From Guillardia theta CCMP2712 (Eukaryota; Protista; Cryptophyta), in NCBI RefSeq assembly GCF_000315625.1, contig NW_005434657.1, positions 286,045 to 350,044 of the forward strand: 64,000 nucleotides of DNA, given 5' to 3'. A program made the position numbers and the translations under genes. The notes under the pieces are model-generated. The model searched no databases. It had not been told where the DNA came from and worked only from the letters and a program-made list of their open reading frames with translations. Shown here piece after piece: positions 38,441-51,400 of this stretch. The first letter of the stretch is position 1. The number at the start of each line of letters is the position of its first letter.

Positions 38441-41400
38441 CGAAGCCGTTGACAGCTCTGGTCACGTCATTCGCTCCCCTTCTTGGATGCTGCGGCAATG
38501 TCATGAGGCTGACAACAGTCTCTCGATCCCCCACCTGCTCCTCCGCCTTCACTTTTCCTCCTCCGTTCGCAAGGGGCAGGTTGTCTTGCACATCGTCAGT
38601 CACGCAGCGAGCCTCCTTGCTCGCTCCCTCGCTCACCTGGTTTGAGCTGCCCGCTGCATCCCTCTCCCTCCCCCTCCCGCGCGTCAGCAGCTTGCTTCAT
38701 GGTCGGGAAGCTCCTCCTTACGAAAGAGGAGACTGAAGAACCTGAGACGGGTTGAGGAAGGGGAGGAAGGGGAAGGAGAGGGAGAAAGAAAGGGAGAAGG
38801 GGAGAGGAGGCATATGAGAGGAGGAGAGAAGGAGCGAGCACAGAGATGAGGCATACTTGATGAAACAATCTTCGATGTTAACGTTGACGTGCAAACAAAG
38901 TGAGCCAGAGCAGAATGAAACAAAGTTAGAGAAAGACAGGAAGTAGGAGAAGAACGCATAGGAGGAGAACAGCGAGCACGGGACAAAGAACACACGAAAA
39001 TGACGGAAGGGCTCAACAGAAATACAGTGATGAAGAATAATTGGAAAGACGAGAAGAGGATATCACAAAGGAAAGTTTTACCTTGTTGTTGACAGGTTCC
39101 ACGTTCTCACTCTCCTGCGACTTGCCCGAACTCACTTCCTCTGCTGATGTCGCCTGGCACATCTTGACTCAGACTGAGAGAAAAAGCGCCAACATCTACT
39201 CGCCTCCTTCTTGGCCTTAGCCCTCAGCCTGTATGACTCGCGCATCTGCAACTTCTGTCAGAAATGATGAGGGCATGTTGAGAAAGTGAAAAGGGGAGAG
39301 GAGAGGAGAGAGGAGAGGAGAGAGGAGAGGAGAGAAGAAAGGAGAGAGAGGAGGAGGGAAGAGGAGGAGGAGGAGGAGGAAGGTGGACATGAGAGGAGGA
39401 GGAGGAGGAGGAGAGGGAAGAAGGAGGGAAAGAAAGATATGTTACAATCTTGCGCTGATCCTCGTCGGAGATGCCAATCTTGCTCAGTCTGAACAGCAAA
39501 GACCCTGCGGTCAATCAGCGACGAGCACAAGGACAAGAACAGGAACAAGAAGAAGAACGAGAACGATGAGAAGCAAAACACAACACAGCAGAACGAAAGG
39601 AAGCTGAACAGACTGTCAGGACGCCAGCAAACATTGAAAGGGCTACAGGTACAACGTCAAGATTCCAACTCGAACAACAATGGGAAAAGACTTTCTCACT
39701 CTCGTCTGGTCCCGGTTTAAACATCATGAGATCTTGCACCTTCTTTACCCCAAATTCAATCTTGACCTTCAGCGCAATGTGCTCCAACTTTGCCTGTTTG
39801 CAGGCATGTCATGTTTGCAGGCATGTCGTGTCGGATCACGATCGTCATCTTGAACACGTGCCATCGTGAATTATTCATCATTGTCATCGCCAAAATCAAC
39901 AACAAGGACAAGGACAACGACCTTCTTCAAAAATGCCAGGAGCTGATTCCACTGATCGATCTCTGATTCTACGTTGATGTCATCGAGCTTTTCCTCAGCC
40001 TTCACGTCGTCTCTTTCATTCTTCTCCCGTTCCTCTTCGCCCGTTGGCTTTCCTGGCTCCTCCAAGGACGAGCGATTCTGACGAGACGAGCTTCTGACGG
40101 GATTCGAAGATGCGTGACAGTCGGGCTTCGCAGCATTCCATGAGAAGTCGTATCTGCATGCCAACTTCATCGTCACTATCCTCCTCCTCTTCCTCCCCTC
40201 CCTTCTCTTCCTCCTCGTCCCCTTCATCGTCCTCATCCTGTCACCTTGTGTTCGATGCCAGATCGTCTCGATGAAGTTGGCTTCGGGAGGAGGAGAATGC
40301 ATCAGCAGCACAACCTCGCCATCCGTCTCCTCATCACCTGATAACAGCTTGCAGGATCCTCTGCATCTCCGGGTCGACGTTGCCCTGAAGAGCTCAAGGG
40401 TCAGTCCGAGCAGATCACACACGAAGATCTTGATGTCTGCCAGGAATGGCCATCCACTTGGATCAGGGACTTTCATCACCGATTCCTCTCGTCATGTGCA
40501 TCACGGACGAAGAGGACGAAGACACAAGACAATCATGTGGACATAATCATCGTCATCGTCATCATCGTCGTTGTCATTGCCATCATCATCGTCATCGTTA
40601 TCATGCTCCTCATGGTCATCAGCCATACAGTCATATTCCTATGAATGAACACCAACACCATCCATTCTCATCTCACCTTTCTGACCAAAAAGTCCACGAG
40701 TTCCCAGGCAGCAGCGTTGTTCACACCTGAACGAGGATCAATCATGACAACCTGACAGCTTACTTTCTACCAGGGTATTCATTCGCAAGGTACAAAGCAT
40801 CTGAGAGGAATCTGTTCCCCTATACACGAAATAAGATGAAAGAGCAGAACAAACGAAATATCGAGGAACCTGCGCAACCTGCATCCATGAACAAAAGGTC
40901 AGCATGATCAATCGACAAGCTCTTTCAGATGCAGCAAGACGAATGCACCTGAATCGGCGAGGAGTGCAGGACAGCAAGACGCATACCCATGTTGACAAGA
41001 GCTTGAAGCTTAAGGGGAAAACTCATGTAAGTATTGCTTTTCAACTGCTACAACCACCTTCACCTGCTTTCCACGATCTTGAAACTCTACGGAATCGTCA
41101 AGAGTGCAGAACGAGCTGCTGCTGCGGGGTGGAGGCGTCGGTCCGTTCCTCCGGTCCGACTGTGACTTGTGTCCATAGGAAGAGTCAGGGCTGAGAGCGC
41201 ATCCGTCAAGTACGATCATTGCGAGGGTGCAAAAAGAGAGCCGAGGCTAAAGGGAGACCTCTTCGAGAGACTGGACGTGTACGCCTGGACATTCAACGAG
41301 CTCGGAACATCTCGTTTGTTTGCCTCCACTGCGACTTCCATAACCTGGTCTCTCTTGTCAAACTTGTAGATCGTGGGAGCAAGAAGAGGATCTGAGAGAG

Positions 41401-42210
41401 TAGCGGGTGGGGGCTGGCTGACCCTGTTGAGCTCTTCGGAGTTGCCCTCAAGATAACCGGAGGCGAGAAGAAGCCTGGCGGCTTCAAACAAGATGCTGAA
41501 AGAACAGCAGCTGTTTAGGACCCTCGCGCTTCATCACTCGGTCAAACACAAACCTGTCCGGGATATCCGACGACGACCTCGCTCTCGCCCAGGCTTTCAT
41601 GAGGTATCTATCCCAGCAAGCGTTCAGAGAACTGATGGAGAAGGAGAACTTTGTGCGCACAGACACGTCAGTACCTCTTGGCTGGGATGTGGTTCCCTTC
41701 AACCATCATCTTCTTGGCCAACTCAAGCTCCGCCTACTTCATGTCAACCTCACCACATGAGTACGAATCAGGACCTTGATTGTCTGCTCCTCCTCATTCT
41801 TCATCGAGAACATGCTGGAATGATCGCGCGAGGCTGGGCACGCATACCCTCAAGATCTGTAGCTTCATACAGGTCCGCAACTGACCTTTGGTAGCACTGA
41901 AGTCATTCGAAGATCCTCTCAGGAGGAGCTCGAGCCTCTCAACGTCCCTGAGCAAGTGGTAGCCGCGTCAAGTTGCATCGGAGGAGGTTAGTCACGTTGA
42001 CATCACCTCCGTATCAGCTGCAGCTCAGCGATGCCACAATCTTGCACATCAAACTCAACGCGCTGCAGCAGAGGGGTGTCAATGGATCAAGTTTTATACA
42101 GTCGCCCAGACCTCGGGGACTTCCGAACTGAATGTGATGATGGGCTCTACTATATCTGAGCGAGAATCAGAATCAGTCGATCCTTCCTCAACAGCAGCAC
42201 TTACCTTCAT
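36353..42210 (-). CDS. Large multi-exon hypothetical protein (possibly more than one gene)
   Basis: ATG AAG|gtaagt at 42210, then many short coding exons (FVFDRVMKREGPKQLLFFQHL, GWPFLADIKIFVCDLLGL, LKVKIEFGVKKVQDL..RLSKIGISDEDQRKI, the last SAM-like) and a low-complexity S/P/R-rich tail. Confidence 0.6.
37095..37183. repeat. (CT)n microsatellite
   Basis: About 44 perfect CT units. Confidence 0.98.
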
Positions 42211-43188
42211 GCTCGGAGCCTGAGAAATAGTATGACGGCATCGGCTCTACTTAGTCGTCAGAATCTGGGGTTGAGATGCATCCGATCGATTGAGGACCGT
42301 CTGATGGTTGAAGCACTGCTCCTAATCTCATTGTATGCACTTCAACACAGCTCGCTCATGTTTGCTTCTTCTCGCTACTCCAACTCTTGATTTCTCCTTC
42401 TCCATCTCGCTCTCAGCTTACTTTCGTCTCGCTCTATCCAAGTTCCCTCCCAGATACTACCTCCTCCTGCTCAGCGGCTACTCCAGCTTCACAGATCATC
42501 AAGACTATCCATCATCTCACTAACCTCTGCTCGCCCTCCTCACTGCCTCTCTCCCCGTATGACCTTCCCTGCTTCCTCTGCATGATTTTACGTGGGCATT
42601 GATTGAATCAAACATCCCGTACCCTATCACCCCACCCCTCCTCTCCATGACCCTCATCAAATATCCCCCCACCCCCTCAAGATCCAGGCAGACAACCCTC
42701 ATCTTCTCAAAGTACTTTGACCCCACCCCATGTTGGATCTCGTCACCATGGAAACCCACCCCATGGTCGCTCCGTAGGGTGATGAAGGGATCACTGATCA
42801 CCCCTACCCTACTGCAAGAAGATCCGTTACCCACCCCCATCACTTCCCGACCACTCCATTTGAGCCTAAAGACCACCCTACCTGTTTTTTAACACTATGA
42901 TGTACCCGTCCATATACATCAGGAGACTACCCACCCTTGTTGAAAATGTACCCCCACCCCATGCCATGACGTCCCCTACCCAGTTGTTGTTTCCACAAGG
43001 GACTAGAAAGGTACTGCCTTGCAGTTTTCAAGTGAAATTAACTAAAAAGCTAAGTAGGAATTTTCATAGGCGGCATTTTAAAAAAATAAGGAGTCCTAAG
43101 TAATTAAGTAATTAATTACTCATTTTTCCTAATTGATTTTCCTAATTCGGTGTGGTTCAGTGCGTTACATTCCTGTAACGGACCTGCC

Positions 43189-45484
43189 ATGGAGCCGCAA
43201 GCCCCGACCAATGCACCTTCCCTCGCCGCCCGAGCGCATGCAGAGGCGATCGAGGTGGGTCAGGAGGTGGAGCTGAGCAACAAGGTGTACTGCCGGCACA
43301 AGCAGGTCAGGCATGTTCTTATGCGGACTCATGGAGCAGAGTGGAACAAGTTGAAGTTGAAAGGTCGGGTGACAGCAAAAGGAAGCGGGGATAAGTGGAT
43401 GGTGGAGGTAGAGGTGCAAGATGAAAAGATCGTCCTCGGGGTGAAAGAAAACCTGATTTCGAATCTTGATGAGATGCAGACAGATAGCATGCTGCAAGAT
43501 CCTCCTCTGAAGGATTATTCTCAAGATGACCTAACGAATGCAAGGGAGGACTGGGATTCGGAGGAGTCGGAGAAAGAGGAGGCGGGTCTTGATCCTGACA
43601 GGGGCTCTCTAGTTGCATATCTAGATGGGGAAACGGTGACATGGGAGAAATGCGACCCAGGGGGAATTGCAGAGAAACTAAGTGAGAGGGCGGATCGACC
43701 GTCACGTTTGAAGTGGTCGCCTTCCCTTGAAGACCGGAAGCATCGGAATGAAGAAGAGTGCTGGAAATTCCTGTTCCCTTGGGATTTCTTCTTTGACACC
43801 AACAGCTCTGAAGGATGCTGCCTGGTCTGGACGAATCAGACTCTGCCAGAGGGCGAGAAACCGTTCACTGTCCATGAGTGGCTTCAATACATCGCAGTGA
43901 TATACGCGAAGGATCTCTGCTCCAAAAGGGAGGCCAGGGAAGTCTGGGAGACAGGATCGGAGGGGATCTTGCCTCCTCTGAATCTCTCAAGACGGTTCAA
44001 CGTGAACTTGGCGAGATTCGTCATATGGAAGAAGAATCTGAAGCTGTGGCCACCATCGGCGGAGAAATCAGAGAACAAGTTCGATATGATCCGTCCTCTC
44101 ATCTGTGCGTTCAATCAGAACAGAGCTTTGAGAGTTGATGTGGGATCGGAGATGATTGCCGACCAATGCAGCGGGAGATGGATCCCCACCTTCGAGGTGG
44201 TGAACTTGCTTGTGTCCTGACTTGTCCTTCTTGACCGTTCAACAGGGTTTGTCCGAGGGGATGAAAAACCTTGTAGCAACCATTCAGAGCACTCGAGATG
44301 CAGGTTCAGACTTCAGGTCCTTATTCGAATGCTCGTTCGGGCTTGTGATGGCCTTGGACCTCCATGATGATCACTCAGCCCAGTCGGAGTCCACTACGAG
44401 GTACCCCAAACATACTTGTGCCATTCTTAGACTAGGACAAAACTACCTCGGCAAGCATCGAACAATCTATGCGAACTCTCAATTCTCGTCCCTGGCAACT
44501 GCCAAGGCTCTGCTGGAGAACGGAACTCACTTCATGGGTGAGCTCGGTCAGTTTTCCAAGGGGGTTCCAACGGCATTGTTGAAGCGCGATGTGCGGCACG
44601 ATGGCTCTACAAAAGGGGCTGCCGAAACCGGTAGAGTGAGTTTGAAAGTCAACGATGAGGACAGAAGAGTGTTTGTACATTCTTGGAGCGAAAGCAGCAC
44701 GTCATGCGCTCACAGGAGGGTTTTTGTTTCCACGCTCGATGATTGCCTCGCACTGGACTTTCACACAAAGAGCAGGTGGAGAATCGATCCTGCCACGGGC
44801 AACAAAGAAAGAGTCAAGCGGACTGTCTCTGCTGTTCAATCGGTGAAGTCCTACTTGTCAGCTTGTGCGGTTGTAGAGGTGCACAAACACCTGATGGAGG
44901 AGATTGAGAGGATGGCACATTGCAGGGACGCTGGGGAGTGGTGGTTGAGAATGTTCTGTCACGTTCTTCTACTTGTCGAAGTTGACGCCTTCAAGATTTA
45001 CTCTGCAGAACGCGATGCTGCTAATTCAGGATCACACTCGAAATTCTTGGACAAGCTTTGTGCCCAGCTCCTTGCAAACTCTCGAGACGGCTCCACATCA
45101 GCCGAAGCCCCGCAGCATCCCAAGCGGGAGAAGAAGCGAGCGAGGGTATGTACAAGGGAGGCGGAGAACGGCGCTGGAAAACAGGACGACCAGCATGTCT
45201 TGATCACCATCCTCGACTTCATGAAACAGAATCACAACTACAACCCGAGCGCCAGCGATCTCAAGTGGGGGAAGCGCGTTCGATGTAGGATGTGCAAGGG
45301 CACGCAAGGATGGGGCAGCATAGCAAACTTCTGCTGCCAGCTCTGCAGTAGCAAGGATCCGAACAAGAAGCCGTTCGGGATCTGCGGCCCAGGAACAGGA
45401 AGGGACTGTTACATGAAGCACCTCTCCAATGTCAGCCAGCACTGCAGAATTGAAGGGTCGGATATTAGTATGATACCAAGATGA
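43189..45484 (+). CDS. piggyBac-transposase-derived protein (PGBD-like) with degenerate catalytic triad and C-terminal Cys-rich domain; one intron ~44197-44245
   Basis: FLFPWDFF..WTN, IRPLICAFNQN..VGSEMIADQ, RTIYANSQFSSLATA..L...GTHFMG, YL..CAVVEVH, WWLRMF and RCRMC..FCCQLC..IC...GRDCYMKH. Confidence 0.8.
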
Positions 45485-46477
45485 GTTTCAGCGTCATGTT
45501 TGTAAGTTTACACGTCTTGGAAAATGAAGTCCGGGCTGCAGTGTGTGTGTGCATTACGAACTCAGTCAATTCTCAGACAGCGGCCGGGCCCGGGGCCCGG
45601 GGAGTTTCTACGCCGGGCCGGGCCGGCCAGTTGGCAATCTTTACTCAAAGTTAAGTTAAAGCAATAGTCCGTGAGTTCAGTCGCCCTATTATTACCCCAG
45701 TACTTGTGTGATGAGTAAAATTTGTACGAGATCAGTGTGGTAGTGAGTACTGATGAATGNNNNNNNNNNNNNNNNNNNNNNNNNNNNNNNNNNNNNNNNN
45801 NNNNNNNNNNNNNNNNNNNNNNNNNNNNNNNNNNNNNNNNNNNNNNNNNNNNNNNNNNNGTGTTGGGGGTGGTGGGGGGTGGTGGGGGGTGGTGGGGGGG
45901 TTGACAAGATGGTCACGGAAAATAGGGAGGTGGGGGTCTGAGAGTCAAAAGGGGGTGGGGTACCTTTATTCCTCAAAGGCTAGGGGTTGGGTGTCATAGA
46001 GCAGGTGTTGGGGTAGGGGGTAGTTTCAAAAGGGTCATTCAAAGACAGAAGGGGTGCTTCTGTATATTTATAAAGGGGTGTGCCAGGAAGGGGTAGGGTA
46101 TTTTGACTGAAGGGTAGGGTAGTAGGTCAGAAGGTGAAGGAGCAAACTTGTCAAAGATGAGGGGGAACAGGCAGGGAAGGAGCAAACATGGACAGCCTGG
46201 CATGGAGGAGGACGGAGGAGGGAGGAGGGGAGGACGGAGGACGGGGGATGGAAGGAGGGGGAGGAGGGAGGAGGGGAGGAGGGGAGGACGGGGGACGGGG
46301 GATGGAAGGAGGGGGGGGAGGGAGGAGGGAGGAGGGAAGGAGGGAAACGAGCTCAACGCTAGGAAAGGTTGTTGGTTCTCAAGCAAGACTGTATTTGGCA
46401 GTAAGTCAGGAATAGCCGAGCAAAATCATGTTGTCCATCAGTAATCAGGCCGTTTTCACAGATAGCGCTCAAGTACA

Positions 46478-48281
46478 ATGCTGGCGAAGAGGAACTCTCC
46501 TCCTCGACTCTCCTCGTCCTCGAAGCATCGGACCAGCAACAGGCGAGGCTCTATCTCCATGTCGCCCGAGCGAGGACGGGGAGGGAGGCACGAGGAGGAA
46601 CGCTCGTTCGAGCGGACGAGGAGCAGCCACGAGGACTCTGGCATGTTCCAGAGAACAAGAAGCAGCGCAAGCAAGGGCGGTAGGGAGCGAAGACGGTCCA
46701 TCTCCTACTCCCCGTCCCGTCATTCAAAGCATCGGAGCAATAAAGAGTCTCATGGCCATGAGCTGGTAGCAGGCAGGAACTCTCCTCCTCGACTCTCCTC
46801 GTCCTCGAAGCATCGGACCAGCAACAGGCGAGGCTCTATCTCCATGTCGCCCGAGCGAGGACGGGGAGGGAAGCACGAGGAGGAACGCTCGTTCGAGCGG
46901 ACGAGAAGTGATGAAAGCAGTAGGAGCAGATGGTCAGACACTGGCGAGTCGAATCCATACAAGGTAAGACATATCGATGTTGGAGCATTTGACTTGAACC
47001 TGCAGGACTTGGCGTTGGAGCAGAGGAGACGCGCGATCCTGAATGCGATGGAGAGGGAAGAGGATGCTTTCAGATTCAGTGATTCAGCATTGCGCGACGA
47101 CGACGACTTCATGCGGCAGGCAGTGAGCAAGTCAGGATGGTTTCTCAAGTACGCTAGTGATCGTATCCGAGACAACCCAATCATCGTCAACGCTGCCATC
47201 TCAAACGATGCCAAGTCTCTCAAGTATGCGAGCTCGGGTCTGCGAGACAACTACAGCATGGTTGCCAACGCCATCGACTTGCTCCCCGGGGTCCTTCAGT
47301 ACGCGAGTGCAAGGCTGAGAGATAACAGGAGCCTTGTGCTCAAGGCTGTGTCGGTAGATGGGAATGCCCTTCGGTTCGCAAGCCATGAGCTGAGAAAGGA
47401 TCGCTCGCTGGTGTGGAATGCTGTCTCGTCGTGCAGGGAAGCCATCCAGTACGCCGACAGGCGTGTTGCTAGCTCCATCGACCTTGACGGTCTCGATGAA
47501 GTTGAGAGGAACAAGATCGGTCATGCAGAAAGGTCGTGGAAAGGAGGGGATCAGTCGCACGAAGATTCTGGTCTTGACAGCCTGCTGTACGAGATTTCTC
47601 GAGTGCCAGCCCAGAAAATGTCTCGTTGGGGCATGATCGAGCAGGACAGGATTGTGCTCGACGCTGAGTTCCTGCGGAATCAAACTAGTTTTGGATCCTG
47701 CTGCAGGGTGGCAGAGAAGGAGGAGAAGAAGGAGGAATCCGAAGCTCAAGCACTCCAGGTCTTCTTTCGTTTCCTCCCTCCTCCTCCCTCCTCCTCCCTC
47801 CTCCTCCCTCCTCCTCCCTCCTCCTCCTCCTCCTCCTCCTCCTCCTGCTCTGCTCCCTGTGTTCCGCTGCTCCTCCGCTCTTCTGTTGACTATCCTACAG
47901 CGCAAGGTCGACATCCAGCAGCTCAGGAGCCGAAGAAACGACTACCCGGTCGTGCGAGACACAGAGATTCGGTACCGACATCCTCGGCATCCACTGCCGC
48001 TGAAGCGAGTTGGCAGGCAGAACCTGGAGAGGCAGATCAAGCAGCTCGAGCAGAAGTCAGCACAGAAGATCTGGGAGGAAGACATCACCAAGGTCAGGAC
48101 AGCTGAATGCTCTTCGTCCCTGCTGACATGTCCACCAGCCGAAGACAACATGGCAGCGCAGCGAGGCGAGTCAGAGGGAGATGATGCTTGCGCGACTGCC
48201 CAAGGAGGAGAAGCATGTAGAGAGCAAGTTCAAGGCCGTGCGATGGAAGCTCAAGTGGAGCGAGAAGACGCCGGTCAATGA
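46478..48281 (+). CDS. DUF4116-repeat protein with RS/SP-rich N-terminus
   Basis: Five ~25-aa repeats of type LRDD..V..AV...G..L.YAS (~47050-47460). N-terminal RNSPPRLSSSSKHRTSNRRGSISMSPER block is duplicated. Confidence 0.8.
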
Positions 48282-48355
48282 GTGGAGAAGGCTGCGCGAT
48301 ACGGGGGGAAAGAAGGTGTGAGAGGAGGAGGAAGGGCAGGAGTAGCAACAACAGG

Positions 48356-48387
<32 letters not shown>

Positions 48388-48451
48388 AATATCTTGAGAG
48401 TGTTGATTCATGTACATTGGCTTACTTACAACATCTGTTTCACATCCACCG

Positions 48452-51400
48452 CTACCTTGTGCCCTTGCTCGCTTCCTCCGCCTCGTCGATCAGAAACTGG
48501 ACCCACTCGTGCCCAATCTCTGCCTCCGTGATGGTCTCCCATGTGGTCACCGGAGCACTCAGCAGCCCGTACAGCCCCCACTTGCTCGGCTGCAACAAGA
48601 TCAGATACGCTTGCTGTCTTCCTCCTCCCTCATCCTTCCCTCCTCCTCCTTCCCTCCTGCCTCCTCCCCCACTTCCTCTCCTCCCCGTCGCCTCCTCTCC
48701 CTCCCCGTTCTCGTCCCTTCTTCCCCTCCCGTCTCTTCCTCCTACCCTGACCTGCTTCAGTCGCTTGGCCCCGTGCTCCATTTTGTGCATCTTCTCCTTG
48801 TCCATACCTGCATCCGATCAGCTCACCGACGCCTCGACCCACAAAAAATCGAGAGTAGGGAGGGAGGAGGAGGTAGCGAGAGGGAGGAGGGAACGAAGGA
48901 GGTGGGAGGGGAAGAGGGGGAAGACCGTAAGATGCTGCAGAGCAGCTTGAGGACTTCGTCGCTTCCAGCCTTGTTCCCATCGAAGTACGAGATCATCACG
49001 TTGCTGACGAGCCGCCTGCTCCACCTCAGGCCTGCTTNNNNNNNNNNNNNNNNNNNNNNNNNNNNNNNNNNNNNNNNNNNNNNNNNNNNNNNNNNNNNNN
49101 NNNNNNNNNNNNNNNNNNNNNNNNNNNNNNNNNNNNNNNNNNNNNNNNNNNNNNNNNNNNNNNNNNNNNNNNNNNNNNNNNNNNNNNNNNNNNNNNNNNN
49201 NNNNNNNNNNNNNNNNNNNNNNNNNNNNNNNNNNNNNNNNNNNNNNNNNNNNNNNNNNNNNNNNNNNNNNNNNNNNNNNNNNNNNNNNNNNNNNNNNNNN
49301 NNNNNNNNNNNNNNNNNNNNNNNNNNNNNNNNNNNNNNNNNNNNNNNNNNNNNNNNNNNNNNNNNNNNNNNNNNNNNAACTTCTTCCAGCCAATTCTTAC
49401 GGTTTCATTCCCTCACTCCGTGACTGCCTTTATGCCTTTTTCCGTCGAACTCCGCATCCTCTTCCTCCTCCTCTTCCTCCTCCTGTCTCCTCAACCCCCC
49501 CCCCCCCCCTCCCTATCTCCTCGCCCTCAGACTTCTCTCTTTCCATCATTTATTTGCTCCATCACCTCAAGCTTCGCCGACTTGTCTTGCAAGTCTTGTT
49601 GAAGCTGTTCAACCGTCAACTCCCTAAACGTCCTCAACTTCATCAACCTGTCCGTTGAGCTTCCGGAGCTTTTCAACCTGCAAAGCAGCAAGATCACTGA
49701 CCCGCATCATCCTCAATGTCTTGCTCAACCTCCTCCTCCTCCTCCTCCTCCTCCTCCTCCTCCTCCTCCTCCTCCTCTCCTCTTCGACCGATCCCCTCCT
49801 CTCACCTCGAAGTTCGACTCTGACATCTGCTGTTCATGGAACTGACGCGCAAGGATAAGCAAAATGTCTCCATATGCTGACGTCATCACCTGCTCGAGGA
49901 CCTGCTGGATGCGATCTCTCTCAGCTAAGCTCCTGCACCACATCCGTGAGAAGAGAAGGGAGGAGGAGGAGGAGGAGGAGGAGGAGGAGGAGGAGGAGTA
50001 TCACTTGTCTCTCTCTCCCTCCAACGTCTCGCACGACAGCCTGAGCTCCCTGATCTCCGCGTCCCTCTTTTCCATTTCCTCCTTGTGCTGGCTCTCCGCC
50101 TCGTATAGCACCTGCTCGGCCTGTGCTGTGGTTGAGCGGCGAGATGGCAAAATGTGAGGAGCGGGGAACCTCTTCCTTCTCCTCCCTCAGCCGCTGCAGC
50201 TCGTCCTCAAGAATTTCAACTTCCTGTCCTCTCACTTCATTGTCTTCCGACGTCTTGGCCACTTGCGACTGCGACATCATCGTCGTCACCTCAGCGCGAC
50301 CTGCTACCTCCTCGCATACCTTGAGCCGCTCTAGAGCTCCCCGCAGTACCAGCACCTCCTGCGCGAACCGCTCCTCTGCCTCGGCAGCAGCATCCTGCTT
50401 CACCTCCTGCTCAGTCAGGTCACGACAGGCAAGGAGAATGCAGGAGGAGGAGCCGACTTGCACTAGGCGATGAGCCTCTTGGAGCTGCTCTGACAGGTCG
50501 CGGACCTGGCCCTTGAGGAGGTTGACTTCCTTGTCCCGGTCGTCGAGCTCGTCCTGTAGCTCTTGGATCGTAGCGCGGAGAACGGACGACTGGAGGACGA
50601 GGAGTGAGGAGGAGGCGGAAGGAAAGGGGTGGCATGTGCACGCACCTCGGACATGAGCCTCTCCGTCATTTCCTTGGACTTACCGGCGGCCCTCTCCTGC
50701 TCCCTCACCATCTCCTTGTACTGCTGCAGCTGATTGGTCATCTCCTCCCTCTCGACCTGCGGGGCGTCAGTCGATCCTCAGCGCTCCCGCCGTGCACGTC
50801 GCCAACCTCGTCCTCCTCGTTGGACATCTGCTGAGCTCGGAATGCCTCCAGCTGCTCGATTTTGGAGATGAACCTTTCGATCTGCTGCTCCTTGTCCTTG
50901 AGCTCCTTCTCGATGGCCTCGATCGCCGTCAAAGCGTCGCCGCTCGGGCAGCGGATCGAGAGAGAGCTGCAGACAGCTCGAGTCTTTTCCACGACACGCG
51001 ACATCTGCTGGACAGCAGTCATGCACGGAGACTCTAACAAGGTCAAAGCCAAAAGCAGCAAGTATAGTCACCTCCTCGCTCTGTTTTCCCCTGCTGCCGT
51101 CCTCCAACAACCTCTTGTGGTTGGACCTGACGGAGCCCACGAGCTGCTCCACATTAACACTGAAGTTGTCCGGGCGGAAGGGGAGCTCCAGGAGAAGGCA
51201 CATCTCCTCAACGTCCTTCATGAGCTGCGGCACCTGAAGGAGGGAGAACGATTTGTGTGACTCCATGAGGCGGACCAGGTCGTCCACATCGCACCCCACA
51301 GCCTGTGAGATCTGCCAACGCAGCTGACTGACACTTTCACTGGACGAATTCGTACTCTCAATCAGCTCCATCTGCTCCTTCAGGCTCGCCTGTAGCTTCT

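Noticed and set aside
42880-45660. Active piggyBac element with TTAA target sites
   Set aside because: TTAA words exist on both sides, but I found no matching terminal inverted repeats and the catalytic residues look degenerate.
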